Positions 38,964 through 48,767 are shown, numbered from the stretch's first letter. The stretch: DNA of 64,000 bases from Stellaceae bacterium (GCA_049799535.1 JBARIB010000697.1:578-64577); one strand, 5' to 3'. Translations and numbers: made by a program. Notes: generated by a model not told the origin, from the letters alone.

Positions 38964-39470
38964 TCAACCAGGAGCCATCAGCGCGCGTTGGCTTTGGCCC
39001 AGCAGAAAGCTGGCGACAGGAAACAAAAGAACGGTCAGCACCGCTGAGACCGTCGGGGCCCGGAAATCCAAGACCGCTGCGGCGAGCAGCAAATGCAATG
39101 TCGACGCAAGGGTCATCGCAGCAGCGGTCAACAGCGCAAAGCTGGCCCAGAGGATCGGAAAGGGCCGATTGAGAAGATGGCACCTATACTTCAGCAGAAT
39201 GGCGCGGCTCAGCAGCAGACCCAGAGCGCTGACCCCGAGCGGCCCGCCGGAAACCAGATCCTGAGTCATGCCAATCGCGAAGAGGGCGGCTGCCGGCAAC
39301 AGACTGGGATAGTGAATCGTCCAGTAATAACTGGCCATCAACACGAGGGCTGGGCTCACCACCGCGGCGCCGAGAATATGCAGTGGTTCGATGGACAACA
39401 GCATCGCTAACACCGATGTCGCGACGGGCAACAGGGACATCATCCCAGTGTCCGGGAAGGGGGTGGGCAA
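38964..39470 (-). CDS. mreD: rod shape-determining protein MreD
   Basis: A 168-aa polytopic protein lying between mreC and mrdA. Confidence 0.8.
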   Translation of the reverse strand: MPTPFPDTGMMSLLPVATSVLAMLLSIEPLHILGAAVVSPALVLMASYYWTIHYPSLLPAAALFAIGMTQDLVSGGPLGVSALGLLLSRAILLKYRCHLLNRPFPILWASFALLTAAAMTLASTLHLLLAAAVLDFRAPTVSAVLTVLLFPVASFLLGQSQRALMAPG

Positions 39471-39497
39471 TTTGCGGCCACTCGGCGCTCCTCGCGT

Positions 39498-40394
39498 TCA
39501 GCGTCGAAGTATCTGGCTGGAAGCTGAGGCTTCCCTGCGCCGGGCGCCTCGCGGGAGAAGGGATAGAGGATCGGGCAGCGCATCTGCCAATCCATAATCG
39601 ACGATACGGATGTAATCGACCCGTGACAAAGCCCCGTAGGGCTCCACGCGAGGCGGCCCCCCATCCGAAGCTGCAACCACACCTACCGGAAGTCCGGGGG
39701 GAAACACACCGCCTTGCCCTGATGTCACTATCCGGTCGCCTGTCCTTATCGCCGCGCCTGGGTCTGCGAAACTCAGGCTCGGGTGCGGGGAATTGTCCCC
39801 GACGAGTATCGCTCGTTCTCCGCTACCCTCGACAATGACCGGAACGCGAGAGTTCAGATCCGTGATGAGCAGGATGCGCGATGCTCGGGCGCCCACCTCC
39901 GATACACGCCCGATCAGACCATCTCCACCGAGGGCTGCTTGACCACGAGCCACGCCGTGGTCGCGGCCCGCAGCGACCACGACGCTTTTCACGAAGACGC
40001 CGTCCGACGCTGCAACAACGCGCGCGGTTAAATAAGAGGACGGCGGTTCTGGCACAAAGTTGAGAAGGTCCCGCAGCTTAGCGTTCTCGGAAGCGAGCCC
40101 AAGGGTGGTCAGTTGCCAAGCCCGCAACTTTTCGTTTTCTTCCGCCAGCCGCTTGTTCTCACCATAAACCCGTACGAAGCCGAGGGCGCGATCGATCGCT
40201 CTGTCGAGAAGCAAGGCCGGCCGCGACGATATCTCCAAGGCTGGGCTCAAGGCATCTATAATCGAACTTCGCAACGACTGAAACGCCACCTGGTCCGCCT
40301 TGCCGACGATGATCATCAGCGCCGACGCTAAGACTAGCAGGGGCGTGGTAATCCGCTCTATTTTAGCACGGCGAGCTGGCAAGAGGCGGATCAC
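39498..40394 (-). CDS. mreC: rod shape-determining protein MreC
   Basis: It has an N-terminal TM segment, a coiled coil (ENKRLAEENEKLRAW) and beta-rich C-terminal domains. It lies downstream of mreB. Confidence 0.88.
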   Translation of the reverse strand: MIRLLPARRAKIERITTPLLVLASALMIIVGKADQVAFQSLRSSIIDALSPALEISSRPALLLDRAIDRALGFVRVYGENKRLAEENEKLRAWQLTTLGLASENAKLRDLLNFVPEPPSSYLTARVVAASDGVFVKSVVVAAGRDHGVARGQAALGGDGLIGRVSEVGARASRILLITDLNSRVPVIVEGSGERAILVGDNSPHPSLSFADPGAAIRTGDRIVTSGQGGVFPPGLPVGVVAASDGGPPRVEPYGALSRVDYIRIVDYGLADALPDPLSLLPRGARRREASASSQILRR

Positions 40395-40448
40395 AGGACT
40401 GTCTCGGTCCAGATCATTATAAAGCCCCCTTTTTGGGCGCGGGCATGC

Positions 40449-41537
<1,089 letters not shown>

Positions 41538-41807
41538 TCAAGCAAGCGCCCCGGCTCGCCGGATCGGACCTAGAATGACACCCTGGCTCGAATGTCTCAA
41601 CGGGTGGTTAGCCGCGCTCAGCCAGCCAGTGGCAGCGGCGGTGGTTCCGATGCCGCTGATTAAGTTCTCTTGCCGGGAAAGTTCGCCGCGCCGATATAGA
41701 TACGCGAGCGGAGCAAATCCCTTTCGAACCAGCAAAGAGGCACACAACAAGCATTGCGCGAAAGGGGCCCGCGAACATTGAAATGGCGAGGCAAGCAGTC
41801 GGATTAG

Positions 41808-42345
41808 CTACGCTTCGCGCCACAGCGCGTTGCGGTATGCTTCGAGCGTCGGGACGTCAAAGCAGACAAAAATCACGAACTCGGGAAAATCGTGCTCCGC
41901 CAGATGAGAGCCAACCGTTGCGATGGCAATATTGACGCCTTCTTGCCGCGGGAAACCGTAAATGCCGGTCGCGATCGCAGGAAAGGCGATGTCCCGAAAC
42001 CTCTTCGAACGAGCAATCGCAGGACAGCGGCGAGAACAGCTCGCCAAGTGGTCCCGCTCTCCGGCCTCACCGCCTCGCCAGACCGGTCCAACGGTATGGA
42101 TGACGTGAGCAGCGGGCAGGCGGTAGCCCCGGGTCAGACGTGCTTCCCCCGTCGGGACACCCACCAATTAATCGACACTCGGCGAGGAGCTCGGGCTCGG
42201 CGGCGCGTTGGATCGCGCTATCGACCCCGCCTCCACCGCGGAGGGATGTATTCGCCGCGTTTACAATCGCCTCGACCTCCAGCCGGGTGATATCGCTGGA
42301 AGAAAGGCGGACCCGATATGCGAGCTCAGACGTGAGCATGGCCAC
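41808..42345 (-). pseudogene. macro domain (YmdB/O-acetyl-ADP-ribose deacetylase-like) gene interrupted by a +1 frameshift
   Basis: ORF 42067-42345 encodes ...[49 protein letters not shown] 41808-42167, in another frame, continues [32 protein letters not shown]...IAFPAIATGIYGFP. The total span is 538 nt (3n+1). Removing one nt near 42153-42157 restores a single macro-domain reading frame. Confidence 0.8.
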
Positions 42346-42380
42346 TGTCCATTGAGGAAACAGGCGTAGTAATCAAAAGC

Positions 42381-42614
42381 TTAGGCGCCAAGCTCCTCAA
42401 CTGGGTCGCTGCCGAAGAGCCATTCTTCCACGATGCTCCCGTCGCCGCCGTCTACAATGACTTTAGCCGGCTCATCGGATTCGGCCAAGCGGACGGCTTC
42501 CGCGATGGCTTCCTCGCGGACCTGGAATCCGCCGCGCGGCCGAGCCTCTCCTTCTTTCGTCACCGTCCAGCCGTCCTGGGTCGGATGAACACGGTAAATA
42601 TGGCGACCCAACAT
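42381..42614 (-). CDS. DUF2188 domain protein
   Basis: The 77-aa protein MLGRHIYRVHPTQDGWTVTKEGEARPRGGFQVREEAIAEAVRLAE... is the typical DUF2188 pattern. An AAGGAGG lies 6 nt upstream of the ATG. Confidence 0.8.
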   Translation of the reverse strand: MLGRHIYRVHPTQDGWTVTKEGEARPRGGFQVREEAIAEAVRLAESDEPAKVIVDGGDGSIVEEWLFGSDPVEELGA

Positions 42615-42649
42615 TCTCGGCCTCCTTAGCGGGTGTCACCAAATCATCT

Positions 42650-42680
42650 GGCCAACACACTGGTCCTGCCCTGTGTTCCC
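42650..42680 (-). promoter_or_regulatory. candidate ECF-type promoter (GGAAC-N17-TGTT) upstream of the DUF2188 gene
   Basis: The minus strand reads gGGAACacagggcaggaccagtgTGTTgg. It lies about 40-65 nt upstream of ATG 42614 and downstream of the sigma-gene terminator. It resembles the alphaproteobacterial EcfG/RpoE2-type consensus GGAAC-N16-17-CGTT, with one mismatch. Confidence 0.35.
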
Positions 42681-42709
42681 GCTCTCCGAGCCGACGCGAT
42701 CCGCTCCTG

Positions 42710-42744
42710 AAAAAAAGCCGGCGTCGACCATAGCCGACACCGGC
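42710..42744 (-). terminator. rho-independent terminator after the ECF sigma gene
   Basis: The minus-strand RNA is gccggugucggc-uaug-gucgacgccggc. That forms a 12-bp stem with two G-U pairs, followed by U7. Confidence 0.65.
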
Positions 42745-42885
42745 AAGGATGCGGGTGGCAAACCCGCGACAGGGAGACTTTGCCAAGCCGGACTGCAAGG
42801 AATAGGGCGAGCGTCCGGCAGCCCGCCTAGCGGGTCAACCCGCTAGCTCGACTTAGGTTCCCCAAAATTGTCAAAAATTTGCATC

Positions 42886-43527
42886 TCACTGAGACGCTCT
42901 TCGCAGCTCCTCCGCCGACGCGCGGGATGCTAATGCGACGCGGCGATCTCGACGCGTGTAATCGAATCCGACCTCGGCGCGGGTGTCGGGACCACTCGTT
43001 CGTGGTGCTCGCGCCAGAAGCTTCGATTCACCGATGTCCCCCGAGGGAATGGCCCCGGTCAGTCTCCGCAATGCCTCCCGGCCGCGTGACAGACGCGAGC
43101 GGATAGTTCCAACAGGCACGTCGAGGACCGCGGCAACCTCTTCGTAGCGCATTCCTTCCAATCCAATTAGTAGAATAACCGTGCGCTGCTCATCTGGCAA
43201 TTTGGAGATTGCACGCTCAAGGTCGCGGAGCTCAAGCCGCTTCCCTTGTTGAGGCGCGCGGCTCAGCAGCGGCTCGCTTTCGTTCAACCCCACGGCAGTA
43301 CCTTCGCGAACGGCTCGCCGAATATGGTTAACGTATTGGTTGTGGAGGATGGTGAACAGCCAAGCCCGGAGATCCGACCCTTGCTGCCAAAGATGTAATT
43401 TACCGAGGGCACGCGTTAGGCAGTCCTGAACGAGATCATCCGCGGTGACGACATCGCGTGTAAGTGCGCGCGCGTAGCGGCGCAAGCGGGGAATCTCGGC
43501 TTCGATCTCACGGTGAGTGTCGGCCAC
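42886..43527 (-). CDS. ECF (sigma-70 family group IV) sigma factor with ~57-aa C-terminal tail
   Basis: Region 2 is DLVQDCLTRALGKLHLWQQGSDLRAWLFTILHNQYVNHIRR. Region 4 is LPDEQRTVILLIGLEGMRYEEVAAVLDVPVGTIRSRLSRGREALRRL. I chose the GTG start at 43527, preceded by GAGAGGAG. The ORF-track upstream extension is unlikely. Confidence 0.85.
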   Translation of the reverse strand: MADTHREIEAEIPRLRRYARALTRDVVTADDLVQDCLTRALGKLHLWQQGSDLRAWLFTILHNQYVNHIRRAVREGTAVGLNESEPLLSRAPQQGKRLELRDLERAISKLPDEQRTVILLIGLEGMRYEEVAAVLDVPVGTIRSRLSRGREALRRLTGAIPSGDIGESKLLARAPRTSGPDTRAEVGFDYTRRDRRVALASRASAEELRRASQ

Positions 43528-43738
43528 AGGCGCTCCTCTCGCTTTAGCTGATCGGCTGGGCGGGCGATCTAAACCACGCGAGTGTAGGAAGCTGCCGTAA
43601 TCCGATGATGTCAGGTGAACCGGTTTTGTGTAAGATTTTGTAACTATATGTATGGTGCCCGAAAGGGTGGTTTCGGCTCCGCTGCTGGGTCTGCGCGGCG
43701 GGCAGGCCATCGAAAAGAGGTAGCGGAAGCTCGCCGGT

Positions 43739-44464
43739 ATGAATGACCACGGTCACATCCTAATTGTCGACGATCAGCGGGAGATCTGCGATCTAGTCCA
43801 GGAGTATCTGTCTGGCGAGGGGTACCGAGTGTCGACTGCGCAAAGCGGCGCCGACATGCGCAAGGTCATGGCGCAATTGCCGGTCGACCTCGTGATTCTC
43901 GATCTGATGTTGCCCGGCGAGGACGGACTGACTCTGGCCCGCTCGCTGCGTCAGGACCTACCCAATGTTGGCATCATCATCCTGACCGGGCGCGGCGAGA
44001 TTGTTGACCGTATCATCGGGCTCGAGATGGGTGCCGACGACTACCTGCCCAAGCCCTTCCACCTTCGCGAATTGCTGGCACGAGTAAAAAGTGTGCTGCG
44101 CCGCGCCTCGTCTCGTGGCGCGGAACGGCAGGGAGCCCCGCCGCGCTCCAAGGCGCGATTCGCCGGCTGGAACCTCGATCTTTCAGCCAGAGAGCTTTAC
44201 TCACCAGCGGGGAAGGAAGTACGGCTGACCACTGGCGAATTCGATTTGTTAGCGGCGTTCGTCAACAATGCGAACCAGGTACTGACCAGGGACAGGCTGT
44301 TGGACCTCGCCCGCAATCGCGAGGCCGGGCCTTTCGACCGAACGATCGACGTCCAGGTCGGACGATTGCGGCGCAAGCTTGAAGACGACCCGCAACGGCC
44401 GACGATGATCAAGACGGTGCGCGGCAGCGGTTATATCTTCACTCCGCCGGTCGAAGTAACGTAA
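43739..44464 (+). CDS. OmpR-family response regulator (no adjacent kinase)
   Basis: It has a REC domain (ILIVDDQ...DLVILDLMLPGEDG...) and a winged-helix output domain (...RLTTGEFDLLAAFVNNANQVLTRDRL...VQVGRLRRKLEDDP...IKTVRGSGYIF). Confidence 0.9.
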   Translation: MNDHGHILIVDDQREICDLVQEYLSGEGYRVSTAQSGADMRKVMAQLPVDLVILDLMLPGEDGLTLARSLRQDLPNVGIIILTGRGEIVDRIIGLEMGADDYLPKPFHLRELLARVKSVLRRASSRGAERQGAPPRSKARFAGWNLDLSARELYSPAGKEVRLTTGEFDLLAAFVNNANQVLTRDRLLDLARNREAGPFDRTIDVQVGRLRRKLEDDPQRPTMIKTVRGSGYIFTPPVEVT

Positions 44465-44474
44465 GTAATCGGGT

Positions 44475-45170
44475 TCACACGGTCAAGTAGCTGCGCACTG
44501 CGGTCTCGTCCATGTCCTCGCGGCGGCCGAACAACACGATTTCGCCGCGTTCCACGACGAGGTAGCAGGCGGCCAGGTCGCGGGCGAATTCGAAATATTG
44601 CTCGACCAGCAGGATCGCCATGTCGCCGCGTTCGGCGAGGGCGCGGATCACGCGCTCGATCTCTTTGATGATCGAAGGCTGGATGCCTTCGGTCGGCTCG
44701 TCGAGGATCAGCAGGCGCGGTCGGGTGACGAGAGCGCGAGCTATCGCCAGCTGTTGCTGCTGGCCGCCCGAGAGGTCGCCACCGCGGCGATGCAGCATTT
44801 CCTTCAGCACCGGGAAAAGGATGAAAATCTCGTCAGGCAGATCGCGCTCACCGCGCGGCCGCGGCGCGAAGCCGGTCGCGAGGTTCTCCGACACGGTCAA
44901 CCGCGGAAAGATCTCGCGGCCTTGCGGCACCAGCGCGAGCCCCGCACGCGCGCGTTCGTGCGGAGGAAGCCCATTCAGGACCCGGTCCTCCCAAGAGATG
45001 CGGCCGGAGCGGATCGGCTGGAGCCCGAAGATCGCCCGCAACAAGCTGGTCTTGCCGACACCGTTGCGGCCGAGGATGCAGGTCACCTCGCCCTTTTTCG
45101 CGGTCAGGCTGACACGCCGCAAGGTATGGCTCGCGCCGTAATAGAGATCGATGGCTTCGACCGACAGCAC
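44475..45170 (-). CDS. urtE: urea ABC transporter ATP-binding protein UrtE
   Basis: It is an ABC ATPase (GRNGVGKTS, LSGGQQQQLAIARAL). It holds the last position of the urtABCDE order. Confidence 0.88.
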   Translation of the reverse strand: MLSVEAIDLYYGASHTLRRVSLTAKKGEVTCILGRNGVGKTSLLRAIFGLQPIRSGRISWEDRVLNGLPPHERARAGLALVPQGREIFPRLTVSENLATGFAPRPRGERDLPDEIFILFPVLKEMLHRRGGDLSGGQQQQLAIARALVTRPRLLILDEPTEGIQPSIIKEIERVIRALAERGDMAILLVEQYFEFARDLAACYLVVERGEIVLFGRREDMDETAVRSYLTV

Positions 45171-45173
45171 GGT

Positions 45174-45929
45174 TCACCGGCCGAGGTAGACTTCGATGAC
45201 CCGGGGGTCGTTCTGCACGTGGTCGATCGAACCTTCGGCCAGGACGGACCCCTCGTGCAGGACGGTCACCCGCGCGCCGAGGCTGCGGACAAACGCCATA
45301 TCGTGCTCGACAACGACAATCGTGCGGTCCTTGGCCAGATCGAGGACCAGCTCGGCCGTCTCTTCGGTTTCCCGGTCGGTCATGCCGGCCACCGGCTCGT
45401 CGAGCAGCAACAGCGTGCGGTCGTGGATCAGCAGCATGCCGATCTCGAGCCATTGCTTCTGACCATGGCTCAGGGCGGCGGAGGGCTGACCGCGCTGCTC
45501 GGTCAACCCGATGCGCTCCAGAGTGGCGTCGATGCGACCGCGGCGATCGGGCGTGAGGCGCGCGAACAGGGTCCCCCAGGTCGAGCGGCTGTCTGCAAGC
45601 GATAATTCGAGGTTCTCAAAGACGGTCAGGTTTTCGAAGACGGTCGGCCGCTGAAATTTGCGGCCGATGCCGAGATTGGCGATCTCGGCTTCGTCGAGGC
45701 GGGTCAGATCGGCCGAGCCGCGGAAGTAGACCTCCCCGGAATCGGGGCGGGTCTTGCCGGTGACGACATCCATCATCGTCGTCTTGCCGGCGCCGTTCGG
45801 ACCGATGATCGTGCGCAGCTCGCCTTCCTCGACAAGCAGCGAAAGCTCCTTCAACGCTTTGAAGCCGTCGAAGCTGACCGTGACCCCATTGAGGTAAAGT
45901 AGGACCTCGGTCGCCGCCGCCGGGTTCAC
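45174..45929 (-). CDS. urtD: urea ABC transporter ATP-binding protein UrtD
   Basis: It is an ABC ATPase (GPNGAGKTT, LSHGQKQWLEIGMLL). GTG 45929 overlaps the urtC stop (GTGA). The 429-aa ORF-track form is an over-extension into urtC. Confidence 0.88.
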   Translation of the reverse strand: MNPAAATEVLLYLNGVTVSFDGFKALKELSLLVEEGELRTIIGPNGAGKTTMMDVVTGKTRPDSGEVYFRGSADLTRLDEAEIANLGIGRKFQRPTVFENLTVFENLELSLADSRSTWGTLFARLTPDRRGRIDATLERIGLTEQRGQPSAALSHGQKQWLEIGMLLIHDRTLLLLDEPVAGMTDRETEETAELVLDLAKDRTIVVVEHDMAFVRSLGARVTVLHEGSVLAEGSIDHVQNDPRVIEVYLGR

Positions 45930-47068
45930 GCCTGCTCCCCAGCCGGGACGGGAGCCGCCGTGCGCGGGCGCGCCCAGCGGGCGTGCCGAAGCATTCCGAC
46001 GACACCTTGCGGAAAGACCAGGGTCGTCAGGACAAACAGCGCGCCGAGAACGAATAGCCAGGTCTCGGGCGCCGCGCCGGTCAACCAGGTCTTTGCAACG
46101 TTGACCAATACCGCGCCTACGATCGCCCCCGAAAGAGTGCCGCGGCCGCCGACCGAAACCCAGATCGCAATCTCGATCGAATTGCCCGGCGAGAATTCGC
46201 TCGGATTGATAATGCCGACCTGCGGCACGTAAAGCGCGCCGGCGATGCCGGCGAGCACGGCCGAGACGGTGAAGACGAACAGTTTCGCGTTCGTAACCGA
46301 GTAGCCGAGAAAGCGTACCCGGCTCTCCGAGTCGCGCATCGCCAACAATACCCGCCCGAGCTTGGAGGCGATGATGAAGCGGCACAACAGATAGCCGAGC
46401 CCGAGGGCGGCGACTGACGCCAGATAAAGACCGAGCCGCGTCGAAGGCTGGTGCACATCCCAACCGAGGATATCCTTGTAATCGGTCATGCCGTTGTTGC
46501 CGCCGAACCCCATGTCATTTCGAAAGAAGGCGAGCATCAGGGCGTAGGTCATCGCCTGTGTGATGATCGACAGGTAGACCCCAGTAACGCGCGAGCGGAA
46601 GGCAAGCCAGCCGAACACCAATGCGAGCAGCCCCGGAACCAGCACCACCATCGCCGCGGCCCAGGCGAAATGGTCGAAGCCCCGCCAGAACCAGGGTAGC
46701 TCCTTCCAATTGAGGAAGACCATAAAATCGGGCAGCAGCGGGTTGCCGTAGACGCTGCGCGTGCCGATCTGCCGCATTAGGTACATGCCCATGCAGTACC
46801 CGCCGAGCGCAAAGAAGGCGCCGTGGCCAAGGCTCAAAATCCCCGCATACCCCCAGATCAGATCAAGGCTGAGTGCCAACAGCGCATAGCAGAGATATTT
46901 GCCCAATAACGGAACAAGGTAATCGGGCATAGCTCCGGCGGAACTCGGCGGTACCCAAAGATTGAAGGCGGGAACCGCCAAAGCGAGCACGATCCCGCAA
47001 GCGAGGTAGCACGCCCAGAAACGCGGGCTCCAGGCCGTCCTCCTCGCATTTTCGGGGGTCGCCGCCAC
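45926..47068 (-). CDS. urtC: urea ABC transporter permease UrtC
   Basis: A 380-aa branched-chain-type (LivM-like) permease. It sits in the urt context. Confidence 0.88.
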   Translation of the reverse strand: MAATPENARRTAWSPRFWACYLACGIVLALAVPAFNLWVPPSSAGAMPDYLVPLLGKYLCYALLALSLDLIWGYAGILSLGHGAFFALGGYCMGMYLMRQIGTRSVYGNPLLPDFMVFLNWKELPWFWRGFDHFAWAAAMVVLVPGLLALVFGWLAFRSRVTGVYLSIITQAMTYALMLAFFRNDMGFGGNNGMTDYKDILGWDVHQPSTRLGLYLASVAALGLGYLLCRFIIASKLGRVLLAMRDSESRVRFLGYSVTNAKLFVFTVSAVLAGIAGALYVPQVGIINPSEFSPGNSIEIAIWVSVGGRGTLSGAIVGAVLVNVAKTWLTGAAPETWLFVLGALFVLTTLVFPQGVVGMLRHARWARPRTAAPVPAGEQA

Positions 47069-47071
47069 GGC

Positions 47072-48709
47072 TCAGACCTCGGCTTCCGCGACGCGGCCCT
47101 TCAGTGCGAACAATCCGCGGGGACGCCGCTGGATAAAAAGAATGATCGCCACCAACACGACGATCTTGCCGAGGATCGCCCCGGCTACGGGTTCGAGGAA
47201 TTTGTTGACGATGCCGAGCGACAGCGCGCCGACCAAGGTGCCCATCAGATTGCCGACGCCGCCGAAGACGACGACGAGAAAGCTGTCGACAATGTAGATC
47301 GTGCCGAGATTGGGGCTGACATTGCCGATTTGGCTCAGCGCCACCCCAGCCATTCCCGCAATGGCCGAGCCGAGCCCAAAGGTTAGCGCATCGACGCGCG
47401 CAGTGCGAATGCCCATCACGGAGGCCATGGCCCGGTTCTGGGTGACCGCACGAATGTACAATCCGAACTGCGTGCGGTTGAGGACGAGCGCCAGCACTCC
47501 CAGAACGATGAAGCAGAAGGCGATGATATAGAGGCGGTTCCAGGTCACCGTGAAACCCCCGACCAAGTCGAACCCGCCGGTCATCCAGCTCGGGTTCGAG
47601 ACCGCCTTGTTGGGCGCGCCAAAGATCGAGCGTACCGTCTGCTGCAGGATCAGGCTGACGCCCCAGGTCGCGAGCAGGGTTTCGAGGGGCCGGCCGTAGA
47701 GAAACCGAATCACGGTGCGTTCGAGCGCGATCCCGACGATGCCGGTGAAGACGAAGGCGACCGGTACCGAGATGGCTAGATAGGCGTCGAGCCAGTCCGG
47801 CGGCAGAAAGGCGCGAAACAATTCCTGACAGACATAGGCGCAATAGGCGCCGAGCATAATCATCTCGCCATGCGCCATGTTGATGACGCCCATCACGCCG
47901 AAGGTGATGGCGAGGCCTATCGCGGCGAGCAGCAGCACGCTGCCGAGGCTGATTCCCTCGAACAGGTTGGCGCCGAGGCCGACAAACCACAGACGGTTCG
48001 CGATTGAGGCGAGCGCGGCCTCTGCGGCCTTTCGCACCTCCAGATCGGTGCCGGGGGCGTTGCGGATTTCGTCGAGCAGGCTCTTGATCTGCGGATCGGT
48101 GGTGGTGCCGAGCGCCCGCACGGCGTCGAGCTGTTCCTCCTTGGTCCCCGAGAACAGACGAGCGGCGAGCAGGCTTCGCTGCATCGCCGATCGGACGTCG
48201 GGATCCTTTTCCGCGGCGATGGCCTTGACAAGCAGCGCCGCGGTCGCCGCCGAAGGGTGCTTTAGCGCATCACGGGCGGCGGCGAGCCGCGCCGCGCGGT
48301 CGGTACTGAACATGGTCAGATCGCCCAGCACTGCCTCGATCTCGCCGCGCATCCGGTTGTTGATATGGATACGCTTAAGGCCGTCGCGACTGACACCGAA
48401 GACCGCCTCGCCGGTGGCGGCGTCCGTTAGCTTCGTCGTCCCGCCGATCGCCGTCGAGACAATGACACGGCCCTCAGTGGTCTTGAACAGCCGGTCGTCG
48501 TCGAGCGCCTTCAGCACTGGCACCGCGCGGGGATCGCCGAGCTTGCCGAGGGCGATGACCGCCTGCTCCTTGGCAGCAAACCCGTCGGCGTCGAGCTTTG
48601 CGACCTCCGCTGCGAAATCGTCGGCCCATGCGGGCATCGACGCCGACGACAGGACCAGTGCCGACGGGATCAGCAAGACACCGGCGAGGTGGAGAAAGCG
48701 ATCGATCAT
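47072..48709 (-). CDS. urtB: urea ABC transporter permease UrtB with ~230-aa N-terminal exported HEAT-like repeat extension
   Basis: The C-terminal ~300 aa form a LivH-like permease. The N-terminus has a signal peptide and then repeats such as ALGKLGDPRAVPVLKAL, AAEKDPDVRSAMQRSL and ALGTTTDPQIKSLL. Confidence 0.88.
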   Translation of the reverse strand: MIDRFLHLAGVLLIPSALVLSSASMPAWADDFAAEVAKLDADGFAAKEQAVIALGKLGDPRAVPVLKALDDDRLFKTTEGRVIVSTAIGGTTKLTDAATGEAVFGVSRDGLKRIHINNRMRGEIEAVLGDLTMFSTDRAARLAAARDALKHPSAATAALLVKAIAAEKDPDVRSAMQRSLLAARLFSGTKEEQLDAVRALGTTTDPQIKSLLDEIRNAPGTDLEVRKAAEAALASIANRLWFVGLGANLFEGISLGSVLLLAAIGLAITFGVMGVINMAHGEMIMLGAYCAYVCQELFRAFLPPDWLDAYLAISVPVAFVFTGIVGIALERTVIRFLYGRPLETLLATWGVSLILQQTVRSIFGAPNKAVSNPSWMTGGFDLVGGFTVTWNRLYIIAFCFIVLGVLALVLNRTQFGLYIRAVTQNRAMASVMGIRTARVDALTFGLGSAIAGMAGVALSQIGNVSPNLGTIYIVDSFLVVVFGGVGNLMGTLVGALSLGIVNKFLEPVAGAILGKIVVLVAIILFIQRRPRGLFALKGRVAEAEV

Positions 48710-48767
48710 GGCGCGAACTTGAAACCGGATCCGGCGATGGTACGGCGGCGCCCCAGGGTCGCGTAAC

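Noticed and set aside
42472-42798. A 108-aa ORF downstream of the ECF sigma gene, considered as a candidate anti-sigma factor.
   Set aside because: It overlaps the DUF2188 gene out of frame and spans the terminator. It is Arg/Gly-rich with no TM segment or zinc-finger (HxxxCxxC) motif.
42837-42861. A second GGAAC-N16-GGTT motif (minus strand) immediately after the ECF sigma stop codon.
   Set aside because: Its -10 lies inside the 8-bp hairpin. A transcript starting here would run straight into the U7 terminator at 42710-42744. The downstream motif at 42650-42680 is the more plausible promoter.
44598-48722. Long ORFs inside the urt operon (44598-45605 +, 46863-47990 -, 47877-48722 +, and the 429-aa extension of urtD to 46463).
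   Set aside because: They are out of frame with, or antisense to, the urtB-E genes, whose ABC and permease motifs are clear. I trimmed urtD to GTG 45929, which overlaps the urtC stop.
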